Source: an uncultured Candidatus Entotheonella sp. (GTDB taxonomy: Bacteria > Tectomicrobia > Entotheonellia > Entotheonellales > Entotheonellaceae). Taken from it: DNA of 64,000 bases. Below the pieces are notes generated by a model. It was not told where the DNA came from. It worked only from the letters and a program-made list of their open reading frames with translations, and made no database searches. Position 1 is the first letter of the stretch. Each line of letters begins with the position of its first letter. The stretch lies in contig CBDCDA010000001.1 of NCBI GenBank assembly GCA_965215335.1, positions 256,001-320,000 on the forward strand. Direction: 5' to 3'. This document shows positions 51,043 to 64,000 of the stretch, one piece after another. The position numbers were made by a program, and so were the translations under genes.

Positions 51043-54000
51043 TTGGATAGCATATTCAATTTGTCCGAGAAACCCAAAGACCCCACTTCTTTCAGTGCGA
51101 TCCGTATCCGTCTCGCGTCGCCGCAAAAAATCCGTTCGTGGTCACACGGCGAGGTCAAGAAGCCAGAAACCATCAACTATCGCACCTTCAAGCCTGAGCG
51201 TGACGGGTTGTTCTGCGCCAAGATTTTCGGCCCAGCCAAGGATTGGGAATGCAACTGCGGCAAATACAAGCGCATGAAGCACCGCGGCGTCGTCTGCGAG
51301 AAATGCGGCGTCGAAGTTATCCAGTCCAAAGTTCGGCGTGAGCGGCTTGGACACATTGAACTGGCATGTCCGGTGTCTCATGTTTGGTTTTTCAAGGGCA
51401 TTCCAAGTCGTATCGGCATCCTGCTGGACATGTCCTTGCGAGAATTGGAGCGCATCCTTTACTTCGAAAACTATGTAGTTATAGACCCTGGTGTGACTGG
51501 GTTGGAAAAGCAAGAACTCCTGATGGAGGAACGTCATCGCGAGATCATCAAGGAGCACGGCAGCAAGGTCGTGACCTATGGCGTAAGGCCATACGAGGAA
51601 TCCCGTCGTCTGGAGCCTAGCGCCGATGTCGTGACGGGCATGGGGGCCGAGGCGATTCGCGAATTGCTGCGTCGTTTGGACCTCGACGAGATGGCTGATT
51701 CCTTGCGGTCGGAAATGCATGAGTCCGTGTCACTGCAAAAACGCAAGAAAATCGTCAAACGGCTAAAGGTCGTTGAAGCCTTCCGCAAATCGGACAATCG
51801 ACCCGAATGGATGATCCTTGAGGTAATACCCGTAATTCCGCCAGAACTGCGGCCACTGGTGCCATTGGACGGAGGGCGTTTTGCCACCTCGGACCTGAAC
51901 GACTTGTACCGTAGGGTCATCAACCGCAATAATCGTCTGATCCGGTTGCAGGAGTTGCGGGCGCCAGAAATCATCATCCGTAACGAAAAACGAATGTTGC
52001 AAGAGGCCGTAGACGCGCTTTTCGACAATGGCCGACGCGGCCGTGCCCTGCGGGGTCCGAACAAGCGTCCGCTGAAATCCTTGAGCGACATGCTCAAGGG
52101 CAAGCAGGGACGTTTTCGGCAGAACTTGCTGGGAAAACGAGTCGACTACTCTGGACGTTCCGTTATCGTCGTGGGGCCGGAACTCAAGTTGCACCAATGC
52201 GGACTGCCAAAAACGATGGCTTTGGAGTTGTTCAAACCCTTTATCTATCACCAGCTCGAAGAACGCGGTCACGTTAACACCATCAAGAGTGCCAAGAGGA
52301 TGGTGGAAAAGGGCTTGCCAGAAGTATGGGATGCTCTTGACGAGATTACCCACGAGTACACGGTGTTACTGAACCGAGCGCCCACTCTTCATCGTCTTGG
52401 CATTCAGGCCTTTGAACCCGTGTTGGTAGAAGGGAAGGCCATCCGCATCCACCCGCTGGTATGTTCGGCATTCAACGCTGATTTCGACGGTGATCAGATG
52501 GCAGTTCATGTGCCGCTCTCCGTGGAAGCTCAAGTCGAAGCCAAGGCCCTCATGCTTTCGGTGAACAATATCCTCTCGGCTGCTCACGGCAAGCCCTTGG
52601 CGGTGCCTAGCCAAGATATCATCATGGGCTGCTACTATATGACCAAAGAACGGGGAGGGAGCCTCGGGGAAGGCAAATTGTTTACGAGTCCCGAGGAAGT
52701 TCGCGTTGCATACGATGCCGAGGAGGTTGGCCTGCAGGCCCGTATTCGTGTGCGAATGGGCAAGGATATTGTGCCCACCACGGCCGGCCGTATTCTTCTC
52801 CGTGAGGTCTTGCCCCCCGAACTGGAATTCGAGCGGGTGAATCGGCAGATGGACAAGGCTTCCCTTACCGACTTGGTAGCGGAATGCTATCAACGCGTCG
52901 GCAAAGAACGGACCGTACAACTCCTGGAGGATCTCAAGACACTCGGATTCCAATATGCTACCCAGTCCGGACTCTCCATCGGAATTGATGACATGCACAT
53001 CCCGATGATGAAGGAGCCCTTGATCGGAGAAGCACAAACTCGAGTCGTCGATGTCGAGAGTCAGTATCAAGAGGGCCTCATCACGAATGGCGAGCGCTAC
53101 AACAAGATCGTCGATATTTGGGCCCAGGTTACCGAGCAAGTGTCTAACGAAATGTTCAAGGAATTGGAACGGGAAGACCTTGAGGTCATGCATAGTCGGG
53201 TCGCTAATGGGGATCGGCACGATTTTAATCCCATCTATGCAATGGCCAATTCGGGAGCACGCGGCGGCCTGCAGCAGATTCGACAACTAGCCGGCATGCG
53301 CGGGCTGATGGCTAAGCCGAGTGGCGAAATCATGGAGACGCCAATTACAGCGAATTTCCGCGAAGGGCTGAGCGTGCTTCAGTATTTTATTTCTACACAC
53401 GGGGCTAGGAAGGGGCTCGCAGACACGGCTCTCAAGACGGCTAATTCCGGCTATTTGACTCGCCGCTTGGTGGACGTGGCCCAGGATATGATCGTTCTGA
53501 CTCAGGACTGCGGGACGCTTGGTGGCATTACCGTGACGGCTCTTGTCCAAAGCGGTGAGATCATTGAATCGTTAGGGGAACGAATTCTGGGTCGTGTCAC
53601 TGCCGAAGACGTGCTTGATCCCTACAGTGGCGAGGTGTTGGTCGTCCGCAATACGCTCGTCGATGAGGCGGCTGCCGAGCGTATCGAAAATGCCGGGCTT
53701 GAACATGTCGTTATGCGGTCCGTACTTACTTGCGAGTTGAAAAGTGGCATCTGTGCAATGTGTTACGGGCGCAATTTGGCTTCTGATTCTTTGGCCGAAA
53801 TCGGTGAGGCTGTGGGGGTTATTGCTGCCCAGTCGATTGGCGAGCCGGGCACACAGCTCACCATGCGTACATTCCACATCGGAGGGGCTGCGAGCTTACA
53901 GGTAGACCAGAGTACCTTACAGGCCAAGAACAATGGCGTGGTGCGCTATCAGAATCTCCGCACGGTAAATAACCGCGAAGGCGCAATGGTGGTTATGAAC

Positions 54001-55257
54001 CGCAACGGCATCTTGGTTATTCAAGATGAAGAGGAACGCGAGAAAGAGCGTTACCCAATTGAGTACGGGGCACGTCTGAGGGTCAGGGACGGCCAGAAAA
54101 TCGAACGCGGTGAAAATCTGGTCGAGTGGGATCCCTACACTCGTTCAATCCTTTCAGAGGTTTCCGGTCGCGTAGCCTACGGCGATATTGTAGAAGGTGT
54201 TACGGTTCAGGAAGAACTAGATGAACAGACTGGCTTGTCGCAGAAAGTGATTCTTGACCACCACGATGAAAAGCGTCAGCCGCGTGTGTCCGTCAAGGAT
54301 GAACAGAATACAACCTCAGGACGCTACCAACTCCCTGCTGGCGCGCACATCTCCATGGCAGAGGGAGAGATGGTTTCCGCCGGCGACGTCTTGGCGAAGA
54401 TCCCGCGCGAGACGGCAAAGACAAAAGATATCACCGGTGGGTTGCCGCGTGTTGCCGAACTCTTTGAAGCTCGGAAACCGAAGGAACAAGCGATCATTTC
54501 CGAAATCGATGGTGTTGTGAGATTCGGAGGATTTCAGCGAGGTGCTCGCAAGGTTATCGTGGCGGCGGATAGCGGCGAAGAGCGAGAATACCTGGTGCCA
54601 CGAGGTAAATACGTCAATGTGCATGAGGGTGACCGAGTACGCGCCAGCGAGCCCTTGATGGATGGAGCGGTCAATCCCCATGATATTCTGGATATCCGTG
54701 GCGAGCAGGAATTGCAAAAGTATCTCGTGAACGAAATCCAGGAAGTATATCGCCTTCAGGGGGTACAGATTAATGACAAGCACATTGAAGTGATTGTCAA
54801 GCAGATGCTGAAACGCGTAGTCGTTGAGGAGCCCGGAGATACTGAATTTTTGGTTGGTGAGCAAGTGGCTAAAACCATCTTCTCTCGTCGCAATCAGGCC
54901 ATTGTAGCCGAGGGGGGCGGGCCAGCCCGTGGCAAACCGATCCTCTTGGGAATTACCAAGTCCTCATTAAGTACGGAGAGTTTCATTTCGGCAGCTTCTT
55001 TCCAGGAAACGACGCGCGTGCTGACGCAGGCCGCAGTGAGCGGCATGGTTGACCGGCTCCGCGGCCTGAAAGAGAATGTCATCATGGGACGCGTCATTCC
55101 GGCTGGCACAGGTATCGCTCAGAACCAGGACAATCTGGTCGAACCACATGTGGATGGGGTGGACGATTACGTCGACGGAGCGCAGGGTTTTCCGGTTGCC
55201 AATGAATCCGATTCGGATATCATGCTTGCCGTTGAAGGTCAAGAAGGAGGCGATTAG
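51043..55257 (+). CDS. rpoC: RNA polymerase beta-prime subunit
   Basis: [43 protein letters not shown] start after gaaggagg. Confidence 0.99.
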   Translation: MDSIFNLSEKPKDPTSFSAIRIRLASPQKIRSWSHGEVKKPETINYRTFKPERDGLFCAKIFGPAKDWECNCGKYKRMKHRGVVCEKCGVEVIQSKVRRERLGHIELACPVSHVWFFKGIPSRIGILLDMSLRELERILYFENYVVIDPGVTGLEKQELLMEERHREIIKEHGSKVVTYGVRPYEESRRLEPSADVVTGMGAEAIRELLRRLDLDEMADSLRSEMHESVSLQKRKKIVKRLKVVEAFRKSDNRPEWMILEVIPVIPPELRPLVPLDGGRFATSDLNDLYRRVINRNNRLIRLQELRAPEIIIRNEKRMLQEAVDALFDNGRRGRALRGPNKRPLKSLSDMLKGKQGRFRQNLLGKRVDYSGRSVIVVGPELKLHQCGLPKTMALELFKPFIYHQLEERGHVNTIKSAKRMVEKGLPEVWDALDEITHEYTVLLNRAPTLHRLGIQAFEPVLVEGKAIRIHPLVCSAFNADFDGDQMAVHVPLSVEAQVEAKALMLSVNNILSAAHGKPLAVPSQDIIMGCYYMTKERGGSLGEGKLFTSPEEVRVAYDAEEVGLQARIRVRMGKDIVPTTAGRILLREVLPPELEFERVNRQMDKASLTDLVAECYQRVGKERTVQLLEDLKTLGFQYATQSGLSIGIDDMHIPMMKEPLIGEAQTRVVDVESQYQEGLITNGERYNKIVDIWAQVTEQVSNEMFKELEREDLEVMHSRVANGDRHDFNPIYAMANSGARGGLQQIRQLAGMRGLMAKPSGEIMETPITANFREGLSVLQYFISTHGARKGLADTALKTANSGYLTRRLVDVAQDMIVLTQDCGTLGGITVTALVQSGEIIESLGERILGRVTAEDVLDPYSGEVLVVRNTLVDEAAAERIENAGLEHVVMRSVLTCELKSGICAMCYGRNLASDSLAEIGEAVGVIAAQSIGEPGTQLTMRTFHIGGAASLQVDQSTLQAKNNGVVRYQNLRTVNNREGAMVVMNRNGILVIQDEEEREKERYPIEYGARLRVRDGQKIERGENLVEWDPYTRSILSEVSGRVAYGDIVEGVTVQEELDEQTGLSQKVILDHHDEKRQPRVSVKDEQNTTSGRYQLPAGAHISMAEGEMVSAGDVLAKIPRETAKTKDITGGLPRVAELFEARKPKEQAIISEIDGVVRFGGFQRGARKVIVAADSGEEREYLVPRGKYVNVHEGDRVRASEPLMDGAVNPHDILDIRGEQELQKYLVNEIQEVYRLQGVQINDKHIEVIVKQMLKRVVVEEPGDTEFLVGEQVAKTIFSRRNQAIVAEGGGPARGKPILLGITKSSLSTESFISAASFQETTRVLTQAAVSGMVDRLRGLKENVIMGRVIPAGTGIAQNQDNLVEPHVDGVDDYVDGAQGFPVANESDSDIMLAVEGQEGGD

Positions 55258-55329
55258 ACGCGCGGTAATTCTTGACGATCTTTAGAGATGTGTTGTACAC
55301 ACATCTTGGTTCCTGACGGAAGGTTCTTT

Positions 55330-55698
55330 ATGCCTACGATTCATCAATTGGTTCAAAAGGGACGGAAGCGAGCGAGGAAAAAGACCTCGAGCCCTGCATT
55401 GCGTTCGAATCCTCAGAAACGCGGGGTATGCACGAGGGTATACACCTCGACTCCCAAGAAGCCGAACTCCGCCCTGCGAAAGGTGGCGCGTGTGCGGCTT
55501 ACCAACGGTGTCGAAGTGACGGCCTACATTCCGGGTGTCGGCCACAACTTGCAAGAACATGCGATCGTTTTAATCCGGGGTGGACGCGTGAAGGATTTGC
55601 CAGGCGTACGGTATCATATTGTGCGCGGTACTTTGGACACGATGGGGGTTCAGAACCGCAAAAAGAGCAGGTCGAAATACGGGGCCAAGAGGTCGTAA
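55330..55698 (+). CDS. rpsL: 30S ribosomal protein S12
   Basis: [28 protein letters not shown]. Confidence 0.98.
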   Translation: MPTIHQLVQKGRKRARKKTSSPALRSNPQKRGVCTRVYTSTPKKPNSALRKVARVRLTNGVEVTAYIPGVGHNLQEHAIVLIRGGRVKDLPGVRYHIVRGTLDTMGVQNRKKSRSKYGAKRS

Positions 55699-55762
55699 AC
55701 CAGTACGAGGGAGGCGGTAGTGACTTTTCAGGCCACCTCCTCTTTATTTTTGGAGAGGCTGT

Positions 55763-56233
55763 ATGCCACGAAGAAAGGTTGTGACGAAGCGGCCGGTTCT
55801 GCCGGACCCTAGATACGGCGACGCATTCGTCACGCGTTGTATCAACGTGCTTATGAAGCGCGGGAAAAAAAGTCTCGCCGAGCGGATCATGTACGGCGCG
55901 ATGGGCGTGCTTGGCGAACAAACTGGCGAAGAGCCACTCAAGGTGTTCCGGCAAGCCGTGGATAACGTGCGGCCTGTTATCGAAGTTCGGTCACGCAGGG
56001 TGGGAGGATCCACGTATCAGATACCAGTGGATGTCCCACCCGACCGGCGAATCGCTTTGAGTATGCGTTGGATTGTTGGGAGCGCTCGCGCTCGCAGCGA
56101 ACGAGGAATGCTAAGGCGTTTGGCGGCAGAACTACTTGATGCGTATCGCAATACGGGAAATGCGGTGAAGAAGAAAGAAGATACACATCGTATGGCGGAA
56201 GCCAATAAAGCCTTCGCTCATTATCGCTGGTGA
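55763..56233 (+). CDS. rpsG: 30S ribosomal protein S7
   Basis: [31 protein letters not shown]. Confidence 0.98.
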   Translation: MPRRKVVTKRPVLPDPRYGDAFVTRCINVLMKRGKKSLAERIMYGAMGVLGEQTGEEPLKVFRQAVDNVRPVIEVRSRRVGGSTYQIPVDVPPDRRIALSMRWIVGSARARSERGMLRRLAAELLDAYRNTGNAVKKKEDTHRMAEANKAFAHYRW

Positions 56234-56493
56234 TTCCTCCCTCTACTTCCCGGCTGGATACATCTCGCATTCCTAGAACCCGCTGGGAAAGATTGACCCC
56301 AGATATACCCTCGCCCAGCACCTGTTGGTGGCGTCCGCTAGTATGACAAGAAATAAGCGTGTCGGCTCACTGTCCGGTACGCCTTTCTGGGTCAAATCGA
56401 TAGTGTTTTCATGGTACTCAATAGCTGAAGTGAGCATTGGAAAGTGCGCACTTTGGCGGCATTGTGCGTAACAGAAAGAGAAATGAGGCTCCT

Positions 56494-58560
56494 GTGTCCC
56501 GGCTAGTTCCGTTGGAAAAAACACGCAACATCGGTATCATCGCGCACATTGACGCGGGGAAGACGACGACGACTGAGCGTATCCTTTATTACACGGGCAG
56601 GTCGCATCGCCTGGGTGAAGTCCACGAAGGGTCTGCCACGATGGACTGGATGGTTCAGGAGCAGGAGCGAGGAATCACGATCACCTCAGCTGCCACGACA
56701 TGTTCCTGGGGTGACCACGTCATCAATATCATTGACACACCGGGTCATGTGGACTTTACAGCCGAAGTGGAGCGCAGCTTGCGCGTCCTTGATGGTGCGG
56801 TGGGTCTTTTCTGCGCTGTCGGAGGCGTGGAACCGCAATCGGAGACTGTGTGGCGTCAGGCAGAAAAATATTGTGTGCCGCGCATAGCGTTCGTGAATAA
56901 GCTAGATCGCGCAGGGGCAGATTTTTTCCGTACCGTGAGGGCGATGGAAGACCGGTTGGGGACCTCTCCGCTGATTCTGCAACTGCCACTGGGTAGTGAG
57001 GAGAAGTTCTGTGGCGTGATTGATTTACTGCGAATGCAAGCAATCGTCTACGACGAGGACAACCTTGGAGTCGGGTTCCGTACGACGGACATCCCCGACT
57101 CTTGTCACGAACAGGCGAGACAATACCAAGCACGTCTGGTCGAAGATGTGGCCGAATTGGACGAAGCTCTCATGGAGCGGTATTTGGCCGAGGAAGTCAT
57201 TACCCTTGGAGAACTTGCCAAGATAATCCGTAAAGGTACGATCAACAATCAGATCACACCGGTTTTTTGTGGTGCCGCATTCCGAAACAAAGGTGTTCAA
57301 CCCCTCCTTGATGGCATTGTCGATTACTTACCCTCACCTGTCGATGTCCCTCCCATATCAGGAATAGAATCCGAAACAGGGGGGAAAATTTTCCGTGCTG
57401 CTGGCGGCAATGCTTTAGCTGCATTAGCGTTCAAAGTCATGGTTGATCCCTATGTGGGGCAATTGGTTTTCGTTCGGGTATACTCCGGGGTGTTGGAAGC
57501 AGGTTCGTACGTCTATAACTCCACTAAGGGCAAACAAGAACGTATCGGGCGCCTGATGAAAATGCATGCCAACAAGAGGGAGGATGTGAAGGCAATTCAG
57601 GCTGGAGATATCGGCGCGGTAATCGGTTTGAAGAATACGGTAACCGGAGATACTCTGTGCGATGCCTCTCAGGCGGTTGTCTTGGAAGCCATGACGTTCC
57701 CTGAGCCAGTGATGTCGATCGCTATTGAACCGAAGACAAAGGTTGATAGCGACAAACTGGGCATGTCGCTCAGCAAGATCTCTCGGGAGGACCCGACTTT
57801 TCGGGTGCAAATTGACAAAGACACCGGTCAAACCATCATTTCCGGTATGGGTGAATTACATCTGGAAATTCTCGTGGACCGTTTGGCACGAGAATTTCAA
57901 GTTGCTGCTCACGTATCCCGCCCTCAGGTGGCATACAGGGAGTCGATTCAGGGTGTCGCAGAATCGGAAGGGCGATTTGTGAGACAGAGTGGGGGGCGCG
58001 GGCAGTACGGTCACGTCAAGATGCGTTTCGAGCCCTTGGAGCGCGGCACCGGGTTTGTATTTGAAAATGCTACTGTTGGCGGTGTGGTGCCCAGGGAATA
58101 CATATCCGCCGTGGAAACGGGTGTCGCCGAGGCTATGCAGCATGGTATTCTTATGGGGCATCCGGTAGTCGACCTGAAAGCTACTCTCCATGATGGGTCG
58201 TATCACGAAGTCGATTCTTCAGAACTGGCTTTCAAAGTAGCCGCATCTATGGCATTCAAGGAGGCAGTAAAGAACGCTGATCCAGTAATTCTGGAGCCCA
58301 TCGTAAATGTTGAAGTCGTGGTTCCAAATGAATACATGGGCGATATTATCGGCGATCTGAATAGCCGTCGAGGCAAGGTGCGAGGCATGGAAGATCAGGC
58401 CGGGGCTAAAGTCGTGTCAGCCCATGTGCCGTTAGCAGAGATGTTCGGCTACGCTACCGACCTTCGTTCCCGGACGCAGGGACGGGCGACCTTTACCATG
58501 CAGTTTGCATTCTATGAAGCCGTTCCACCCCATAAGCAAACGGAGTTGTGTGCCGTATAG
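56494..58560 (+). CDS. fusA: Elongation factor G
   Basis: [43 protein letters not shown] start. Confidence 0.98.
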   Translation: MSRLVPLEKTRNIGIIAHIDAGKTTTTERILYYTGRSHRLGEVHEGSATMDWMVQEQERGITITSAATTCSWGDHVINIIDTPGHVDFTAEVERSLRVLDGAVGLFCAVGGVEPQSETVWRQAEKYCVPRIAFVNKLDRAGADFFRTVRAMEDRLGTSPLILQLPLGSEEKFCGVIDLLRMQAIVYDEDNLGVGFRTTDIPDSCHEQARQYQARLVEDVAELDEALMERYLAEEVITLGELAKIIRKGTINNQITPVFCGAAFRNKGVQPLLDGIVDYLPSPVDVPPISGIESETGGKIFRAAGGNALAALAFKVMVDPYVGQLVFVRVYSGVLEAGSYVYNSTKGKQERIGRLMKMHANKREDVKAIQAGDIGAVIGLKNTVTGDTLCDASQAVVLEAMTFPEPVMSIAIEPKTKVDSDKLGMSLSKISREDPTFRVQIDKDTGQTIISGMGELHLEILVDRLAREFQVAAHVSRPQVAYRESIQGVAESEGRFVRQSGGRGQYGHVKMRFEPLERGTGFVFENATVGGVVPREYISAVETGVAEAMQHGILMGHPVVDLKATLHDGSYHEVDSSELAFKVAASMAFKEAVKNADPVILEPIVNVEVVVPNEYMGDIIGDLNSRRGKVRGMEDQAGAKVVSAHVPLAEMFGYATDLRSRTQGRATFTMQFAFYEAVPPHKQTELCAV

Positions 58561-58632
58561 GGGCCGTTTGAGCAGGAGATTTGCAAGACGCATGTTGTTC
58601 AGGACTTTGTGACACAGAGGGGGATTGGGTCA

Positions 58633-59826
58633 ATGTCGAAGGCGAAATTCGAGCGTAGCAAGCCGCATGTCAACGTTGGGACGATTGGTCATGTGGACCA
58701 CGGCAAGACGACGCTGACATCTGCCATGACGCAGGTTTTGGCAGCCGAAGGCAAGGCGGCCTATGTGCCCTTTGACCAGATCGACAAGGCGCCGGAGGAA
58801 AAAGCCCGTGGCATCACGATTGCTACCGCACACGTGGAATACGAGAGCGAAAACCGCCATTACGCACACGTCGATTGTCCGGGACACGCCGACTACGTGA
58901 AAAACATGATTACGGGTGCGGCGCAGATGGACGGGGCCATCTTGGTGGTAAGCGCCGCCGATGGTGCGATGCCGCAGACGCGCGAGCATATCTTGTTGGC
59001 ACGTCAGGTTGGTGTGCCCTACATCGTGGTGTTCATGAACAAGGTGGACATGGTAGACGACGAGGAATTGCTGGACTTGGTGGAGTTGGAGTTGCGGGAG
59101 TTGTTGAGCAAGTACGAATTTCCGGGCGACGACATCCCGATCATCCGGGGCAGTGCGCTGCAGGCCTTGGAGGGCGGTGATCCGGGGGCTTCGGCGACAG
59201 GCTGCATCTTCGAGTTGATCGGCGCGATTGATGCGTACGTGCCGACGCCGCAGCGCGCCGTGGACCGGCCGTTTCTGATGCCCGTGGAGGACGTGTTCAC
59301 GATATCGGGTCGTGGGACGGTAGCGACGGGGCGTGTCGAGCGTGGCGTGGTGACGGTAGGCGACGACGTGGAGGTCGTGGGGATGAAGGAGACGCACAAG
59401 ACGGTAGCGACGGGTGTGGAGATGTTTCGGAAGATATTGGACCGGGGCGAGGCAGGTGATAACATAGGGGTGTTGTTGCGCGGTGTGAAACGCGACGAGA
59501 TTGAGCGTGGTCAGGTATTGGCGAAGCCGGGGTCGATTACGCCGCACACGCGCTTTCAGGCCGAGGTGTATGTCTTGTCGAAAGATGAGGGAGGTCGTCA
59601 CACCCCGTTTTTCAATGGCTACCGTCCGCAGTTTTATTTTCGCACGACGGACGTGACGGGTGTGGTGACGTTGCCTTCGGGCACGGAGATGGTGATGCCT
59701 GGCGACAACGTTGGCGTGGAGGTGGAGTTGATCACGCCGATAGCCCTGGAGAAAGAGTTGCGTTTTGCGATCCGGGAAGGTGGCCGGACGGTAGGGGCCG
59801 GCGTCGTAAGTGAAATCCTGGCGTAG
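58633..59826 (+). CDS. tuf: Elongation factor Tu (copy 2)
   Basis: Protein identical to copy 1. Confidence 0.99.
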   Translation: MSKAKFERSKPHVNVGTIGHVDHGKTTLTSAMTQVLAAEGKAAYVPFDQIDKAPEEKARGITIATAHVEYESENRHYAHVDCPGHADYVKNMITGAAQMDGAILVVSAADGAMPQTREHILLARQVGVPYIVVFMNKVDMVDDEELLDLVELELRELLSKYEFPGDDIPIIRGSALQALEGGDPGASATGCIFELIGAIDAYVPTPQRAVDRPFLMPVEDVFTISGRGTVATGRVERGVVTVGDDVEVVGMKETHKTVATGVEMFRKILDRGEAGDNIGVLLRGVKRDEIERGQVLAKPGSITPHTRFQAEVYVLSKDEGGRHTPFFNGYRPQFYFRTTDVTGVVTLPSGTEMVMPGDNVGVEVELITPIALEKELRFAIREGGRTVGAGVVSEILA

Positions 59827-59861
59827 GGTGCACAAATCACATATAAGGGTTTGACGGAACG

Positions 59862-60170
59862 ATGTCTGGACAAAAGATTCGTATACGTCTTAAAGCGTAT
59901 GACCATCGGGTTCTTGATCAGTCGGTAGGCGAAATCGTGGAAACGGCCAAACGAACCGGGGCAAGAATCGTGGGCCCCATTCCTTTGCCGACGGTTTTGA
60001 ATAAATATACCGTTTTGCGATCACCACATGTTGACAAAAAATCCCGTGAACAATTCGAAATCCGGACGCATAAGCGCCTTTTGGACATAGTCGAGCCTAC
60101 TCCTCAGACCGTGGAAGCCCTGATGAAACTAGACCTGTCCGCAGGGATCGATGTGGAAATCAAGCTGTAG
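59862..60170 (+). CDS. rpsJ: 30S ribosomal protein S10
   Basis: [24 protein letters not shown]. Confidence 0.98.
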   Translation: MSGQKIRIRLKAYDHRVLDQSVGEIVETAKRTGARIVGPIPLPTVLNKYTVLRSPHVDKKSREQFEIRTHKRLLDIVEPTPQTVEALMKLDLSAGIDVEIKL

Positions 60171-60183
60171 GAGAGCCGGGCGC

Positions 60184-60843
60184 ATGTTGCGGGGACTGAT
60201 CGGACGGAAAGTGGGAATGACCCAGTTTTTCTCTGACGCAGGGGAAATCATTCCTGTCACTGCTATCGAAACAGGTCCATGCTGGGTCATCCAGAAGAAG
60301 CGTAAAACGCGCGACGGTTACACGGCAGTCCAGCTTGGTTTTGGAGCCAGCAAAGTCAAACGTACCACTAAGCCACTACGAGGGCACTTTCAACGCAGTA
60401 ACGTGCCTCCGACACGCTGGCTTCGAGAGTTTCGTGTTGACGAGCAGACCCTGGAGGAACTCGAGGAGGGCCAGCAGATTTCGGGAGAGATTTTTGCCAA
60501 TTGGCGTTATGTGGATGTGACCGGAACCTCAAAAGGGCGGGGATTTACGGGTGTCATGAAACGTCATAATTTCGCTGGCAAAAGCCGCTCCCACGGGACC
60601 CACGAATATTTCCGACATGGTGGATCGATCGGAGCCTCCGCGACACCTTCCAGAGTGTTCAAGAACAGGGGTATGCCCGGGCAATACGGTAACGAGCGGG
60701 TGACGGTGCAGAAGCTTGAAGTGGTCAAGTTTCTGGAAGAGCGTCATCTCCTGCTGGTTAAGGGGGCAGTGCCGGGACCGAATGGGGGCATGATATTGGT
60801 TCAGGTCAGTAAGAAGCACCCGCAGGAAACGGGGAAACGTTGA
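60184..60843 (+). CDS. rplC: 50S ribosomal protein L3
   Basis: GRKVGMTQ, SKGRGFTGVMKRH, KGAVPG. Confidence 0.98.
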   Translation: MLRGLIGRKVGMTQFFSDAGEIIPVTAIETGPCWVIQKKRKTRDGYTAVQLGFGASKVKRTTKPLRGHFQRSNVPPTRWLREFRVDEQTLEELEEGQQISGEIFANWRYVDVTGTSKGRGFTGVMKRHNFAGKSRSHGTHEYFRHGGSIGASATPSRVFKNRGMPGQYGNERVTVQKLEVVKFLEERHLLLVKGAVPGPNGGMILVQVSKKHPQETGKR

Positions 60844-61463
60844 TGAACATTGACGTATACGATTCTCAAGGGCAGGTCGTTCGCCAGGCCGAGTTGCCGG
60901 ATGGCGTGTTTGGAGTCGAGGTGAGAGACCACCTGCTCTATGAGGTTGTACACTACCAACTCGCACGCCGTCGGCAAGGAACGGCGCATACCAAGAATCG
61001 GTCCGCTGTACGTGGGGGGGGGCGTAAGCCATGGCGCCAAAAAGGTACCGGACGTGCCCGTGCGGGATCCCGGCGCTCGCCGTTGTGGCGTGGCGGAGGG
61101 ACGGTCTTTGGCCCCATGCCGAGATCCTATGCTTACAGCATGCCAAAGAAGAAACGTCGTGCGGCGCTTTGCGCCGCCTTAAGTCTGAAGCTACGCGAAA
61201 ATGCCTTTCGCGTTATTGATCGTTTTGATATCGCTCACCCAAAAACCCGCCAAATCGTGCAGATGATCAAGACTTTCACAGATGAGTCCAAGGTACTCTT
61301 GCTCGTTGGGGAACCCAGCGAGACGCTGCACCTCTCTGCGCGAAACATTCAACAGGTCAAAGTGCTGCCTGTTGCGGGATTGAATGTATACGATTTGTTG
61401 CATTACACCACGGTGATCTGTGCTGAGGAAGCTCTGGACAGAATAGCAGGGAGGCTAGGTTGA
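60843..61463 (+). CDS. rplD: 50S ribosomal protein L4
   Basis: [16 protein letters not shown]. Confidence 0.98.
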   Translation: MNIDVYDSQGQVVRQAELPDGVFGVEVRDHLLYEVVHYQLARRRQGTAHTKNRSAVRGGGRKPWRQKGTGRARAGSRRSPLWRGGGTVFGPMPRSYAYSMPKKKRRAALCAALSLKLRENAFRVIDRFDIAHPKTRQIVQMIKTFTDESKVLLLVGEPSETLHLSARNIQQVKVLPVAGLNVYDLLHYTTVICAEEALDRIAGRLG

Positions 61464-61464
61464 C

Positions 61465-61752
61465 ATGGAGCATCATCAGATTGTTAGACGGCCTTTGATC
61501 ACTGAAAAGGGTATGCACTACAACGAGCAGCAGAACACAGTAATATTCCAGGTTGACCCGAGGGCTAACAAACTGCAAATCAAGCAAGCTCTTGAAACCC
61601 TGTTTCAAGTTAAAGTTTTGCACGTAAATACCTTAAACATGCAAGGCAAGAAAAGGCGGGTCCGGACACGAGAAGGCAAGAGACCTGATTGGAAAAAGGC
61701 CTATGTGACTTTGCGAGAAGGCGACAGGATCACCTTCTTCGAAGGGATTTAG
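61465..61752 (+). CDS. rplW: 50S ribosomal protein L23
   Basis: [21 protein letters not shown]. Confidence 0.98.
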   Translation: MEHHQIVRRPLITEKGMHYNEQQNTVIFQVDPRANKLQIKQALETLFQVKVLHVNTLNMQGKKRRVRTREGKRPDWKKAYVTLREGDRITFFEGI

Positions 61753-61766
61753 CGAGGGACCGAATT

Positions 61767-62591
61767 ATGGCAATTCGCCATTACAAGCCGACATCCCCAG
61801 GAAGGCGCTTTCAAACGGTAAGCGCGTTCGAGGAGATTACTTCTGCGCGCCCTGAACGGAGCTTGCTCCGTTCTGCGAAGAAATCCGGCGGACGCAACAA
61901 TAATGGGCGCATTACCAGTAGGCGTCGTGGCGGAGGACATAAGCGACGTTACCGGGTAGTCGATTTTAAACGTACGAAAGATGCAGTTCCGGCTCGTGTC
62001 GCTTCTATTGAATATGACCCTAATCGATCGGCGCGCGTGGCGCTTTTGCACTATCTGGATGGGGAAAAGCGGTATATCTTGGCCCCAGCAGGTATTCAAG
62101 TTGGTGAAACCGTGATGTCCGGCCCGCAGGCTGACATCCGGCCCGGAAATGCAATGGCGTTGAGCGACATGCCTCTCGGAATGACGATCCATAACATTGA
62201 ACTTTCCCCGGGGAAAGGGGGACAACTTGCCAGGAGTGCGGGATCTTCCGCCCAACTAATGGCGCGCGAAGGTAAGTATGCGCAGTTGCGGTTGACGTCA
62301 GGAGAGATGCGTCTGGTATTGGTAACGTGCCGAGCAACCATTGGACAAGTTGGTAATGCCGACCACGAAAATATTTCTGTTGGTAAGGCTGGGAGGTCGC
62401 GGTGGTTAGGTAGGCGTCCTCAGGTGCGCGGCGTTGCAATGAATCCAGTTGATCACCCCCACGGCGGCGGTGAGGGCAAGACCTCGGGTGGCCGTCACCC
62501 GGTGACACCCTGGGGTGTGCCAACGAAAGGTTACAAGACGCGACGGAATAAGCGCACGGATAAATTCATCGTTCGACGGCGCAAGCGGTGA
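61767..62591 (+). CDS. rplB: 50S ribosomal protein L2
   Basis: [21 protein letters not shown]. Confidence 0.98.
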   Translation: MAIRHYKPTSPGRRFQTVSAFEEITSARPERSLLRSAKKSGGRNNNGRITSRRRGGGHKRRYRVVDFKRTKDAVPARVASIEYDPNRSARVALLHYLDGEKRYILAPAGIQVGETVMSGPQADIRPGNAMALSDMPLGMTIHNIELSPGKGGQLARSAGSSAQLMAREGKYAQLRLTSGEMRLVLVTCRATIGQVGNADHENISVGKAGRSRWLGRRPQVRGVAMNPVDHPHGGGEGKTSGGRHPVTPWGVPTKGYKTRRNKRTDKFIVRRRKR

Positions 62592-62622
62592 GGGATTGTG
62601 GCGTACGGCCAGGGAGGCAGAT

Positions 62623-62907
62623 GTGGGTCGTTCTATAAAGAAGGGACCTTTTCTTGACGACCATTTGCTGAGGAAAATTCAGTTGATGGGACAAACTCGA
62701 GAAAAGCGTGTCATCCGGACATGGTCTCGGCGTTCAACGATTATCCCGGAGATGGTAGGCCATACTATCGCCGTGCATAATGGGAAGAGGTTCATTCCGG
62801 TTTATGTAACCGAGAACATGGTAGGGCATAAGCTTGGAGAATTCTCGCCGACCCGCACGTTTCGTTCACATAGTGGCATGACGAAGCGAACCACTGGTTT
62901 GAAATAG
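62623..62907 (+). CDS. rpsS: 30S ribosomal protein S19
   Basis: [28 protein letters not shown] start. Confidence 0.98.
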   Translation: MGRSIKKGPFLDDHLLRKIQLMGQTREKRVIRTWSRRSTIIPEMVGHTIAVHNGKRFIPVYVTENMVGHKLGEFSPTRTFRSHSGMTKRTTGLK

Positions 62908-62952
62908 TAGGGTGCGGGGGTATTCTATCGGTGCAAAGGAAAGCGTCGTAAT

Positions 62953-63288
62953 ATGAAAGCAAGCGTGACACATCTTCGGATTTCCCCGCGCAAGGTAAGG
63001 GTGGTCGTTGATACCGTGCGCGGCAAGAGCGCCAGCCAAGCCATGGACATTTTGCGTTTCGCTCGCAAGAAGGCAGCCATGCCGGTACAAAAACTGCTCA
63101 AATCGGCTGTTGCCAACGCGGCGGAATATAATGGGGTCGACAACGTCGATGGCCTGTTCATTGAACATATCACTGTTGATGAAGGACCAACGATAAAGCG
63201 TTATATGCCGAGGGCACGAGGCAGGGCTACCCCGATCCGCAAGCGTACGAGCCATATTCGACTCGTTTTGCGCGAACGAGGAATCTGA
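62953..63288 (+). CDS. rplV: 50S ribosomal protein L22
   Basis: RISPRK, SAVANA, PRARGRA. Confidence 0.98.
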   Translation: MKASVTHLRISPRKVRVVVDTVRGKSASQAMDILRFARKKAAMPVQKLLKSAVANAAEYNGVDNVDGLFIEHITVDEGPTIKRYMPRARGRATPIRKRTSHIRLVLRERGI

Positions 63289-63306
63289 ATCTGAGAGGGG
63301 GACATC

Positions 63307-63984
63307 GTGGGGCAAAAGGTTCATCCAATCGGCTTCCGACTGGGCATAAATAAGACCTGGCAGTCAAATTGGTATGCCCGGAGGCATTATGCTGACCTGT
63401 TACACGAAGATTTTATGGTCAGGGGCTATATCAAGAAGCGCTTGCATCATGCCGGGATTTCTCGGGTAGAAATTGAACGGGCCGCTAATCGCTCCAAGAT
63501 CAATATTCACACCGCCCGCCCTGGAATTATCATTGGGAAGCGAGGGGCAGAAGTTGATAAGTTGAAAAATGAATTGCAGAACTTGACGCAGAAACAAGTG
63601 TCTATAAACATCCGAGAGATTCGAAAGGCAGAAATTGACGCACAGCTCATCGCGGAGAATATTGCCTTGCAGTTGGAGCGCCGAGTGGCGTTTCGACGTG
63701 CAATGAAGAAGGCGATCACCTCTGCATTGCGTTTTGGAGCCAAAGGCATTCGGGTCGAGTCTTCCGGACGATTGGCCGGAGCTGAGATGGCTCGTCGCGA
63801 ATGGTATCGTGAGGGAGGGGTACCTCTTCATACTTTGCGTGCCGATATTGATTACGGCTTTGCTGAAGCCAAAACGACATACGGCCAAGTAGGCGTGAAG
63901 GTGTGGGTGTACAAAGGGGTGTTCGTGACGCCTGAGAAAAACGGTCAGGCTCTTGAGGGACCACGTCCACGTCGGCGCCGTTAG
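63307..63984 (+). CDS. rpsC: 30S ribosomal protein S3
   Basis: [24 protein letters not shown]. Confidence 0.98.
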   Translation: MGQKVHPIGFRLGINKTWQSNWYARRHYADLLHEDFMVRGYIKKRLHHAGISRVEIERAANRSKINIHTARPGIIIGKRGAEVDKLKNELQNLTQKQVSINIREIRKAEIDAQLIAENIALQLERRVAFRRAMKKAITSALRFGAKGIRVESSGRLAGAEMARREWYREGGVPLHTLRADIDYGFAEAKTTYGQVGVKVWVYKGVFVTPEKNGQALEGPRPRRRR

Positions 63985-64000
63985 TTGAGGTGATTTAACC

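Overview
High-GC bacterial chromosome segment using the standard bacterial code; many conserved genes end in TGA. The lineage cannot be fixed from sequence alone; a Tectomicrobia/Nitrospinota-like placement is only an impression. (1) 1-14 kb: a histidine kinase tail and a CocE/NonD hydrolase; a lower-GC islet with decayed AAA-ATPase and higB remnants, a dead IS5, and a coupled NurA-like nuclease + DNA amino-methyltransferase pair; an M16 peptidase; and a nitroreductase-crotonase-fabF-coxD-coxE operon. (2) 14-34.4 kb: a urea-use region, with ureD-amt-ureABC-ureFG facing a sigma54-driven urtABCDE. Between them lies an ~8 kb accessory stretch with an amidohydrolase, small membrane-anchored coiled-coil paralogs, an IS481 fragment and a secreted Gly/Ser repeat protein. 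(3) 34.5-37.9 kb, the highlight: an rpoZ - yggX-like - radical SAM - ATP-grasp operon in which both enzyme genes have an in-frame UGA followed by a SECIS-like hairpin. They read as a CUAEP-tail radical SAM selenoprotein and an apparently unrecognised ATP-grasp selenoprotein (IGGL-U-SRSLRF), which the ORF track splits in two. (4) 38-64 kb: ispD, ispF, rlmB, five tRNAs and the tuf-secE-nusG-rplKAJL-rpoBC-rpsLG-fusA-tuf-S10 cluster. Its oddities are MITE-like copies bracketing secE, a frameshifted nusG, a decayed IS481 between rpoB and rpoC, and a Cys-less beta-prime zinc-ribbon-like insert in RpoB.
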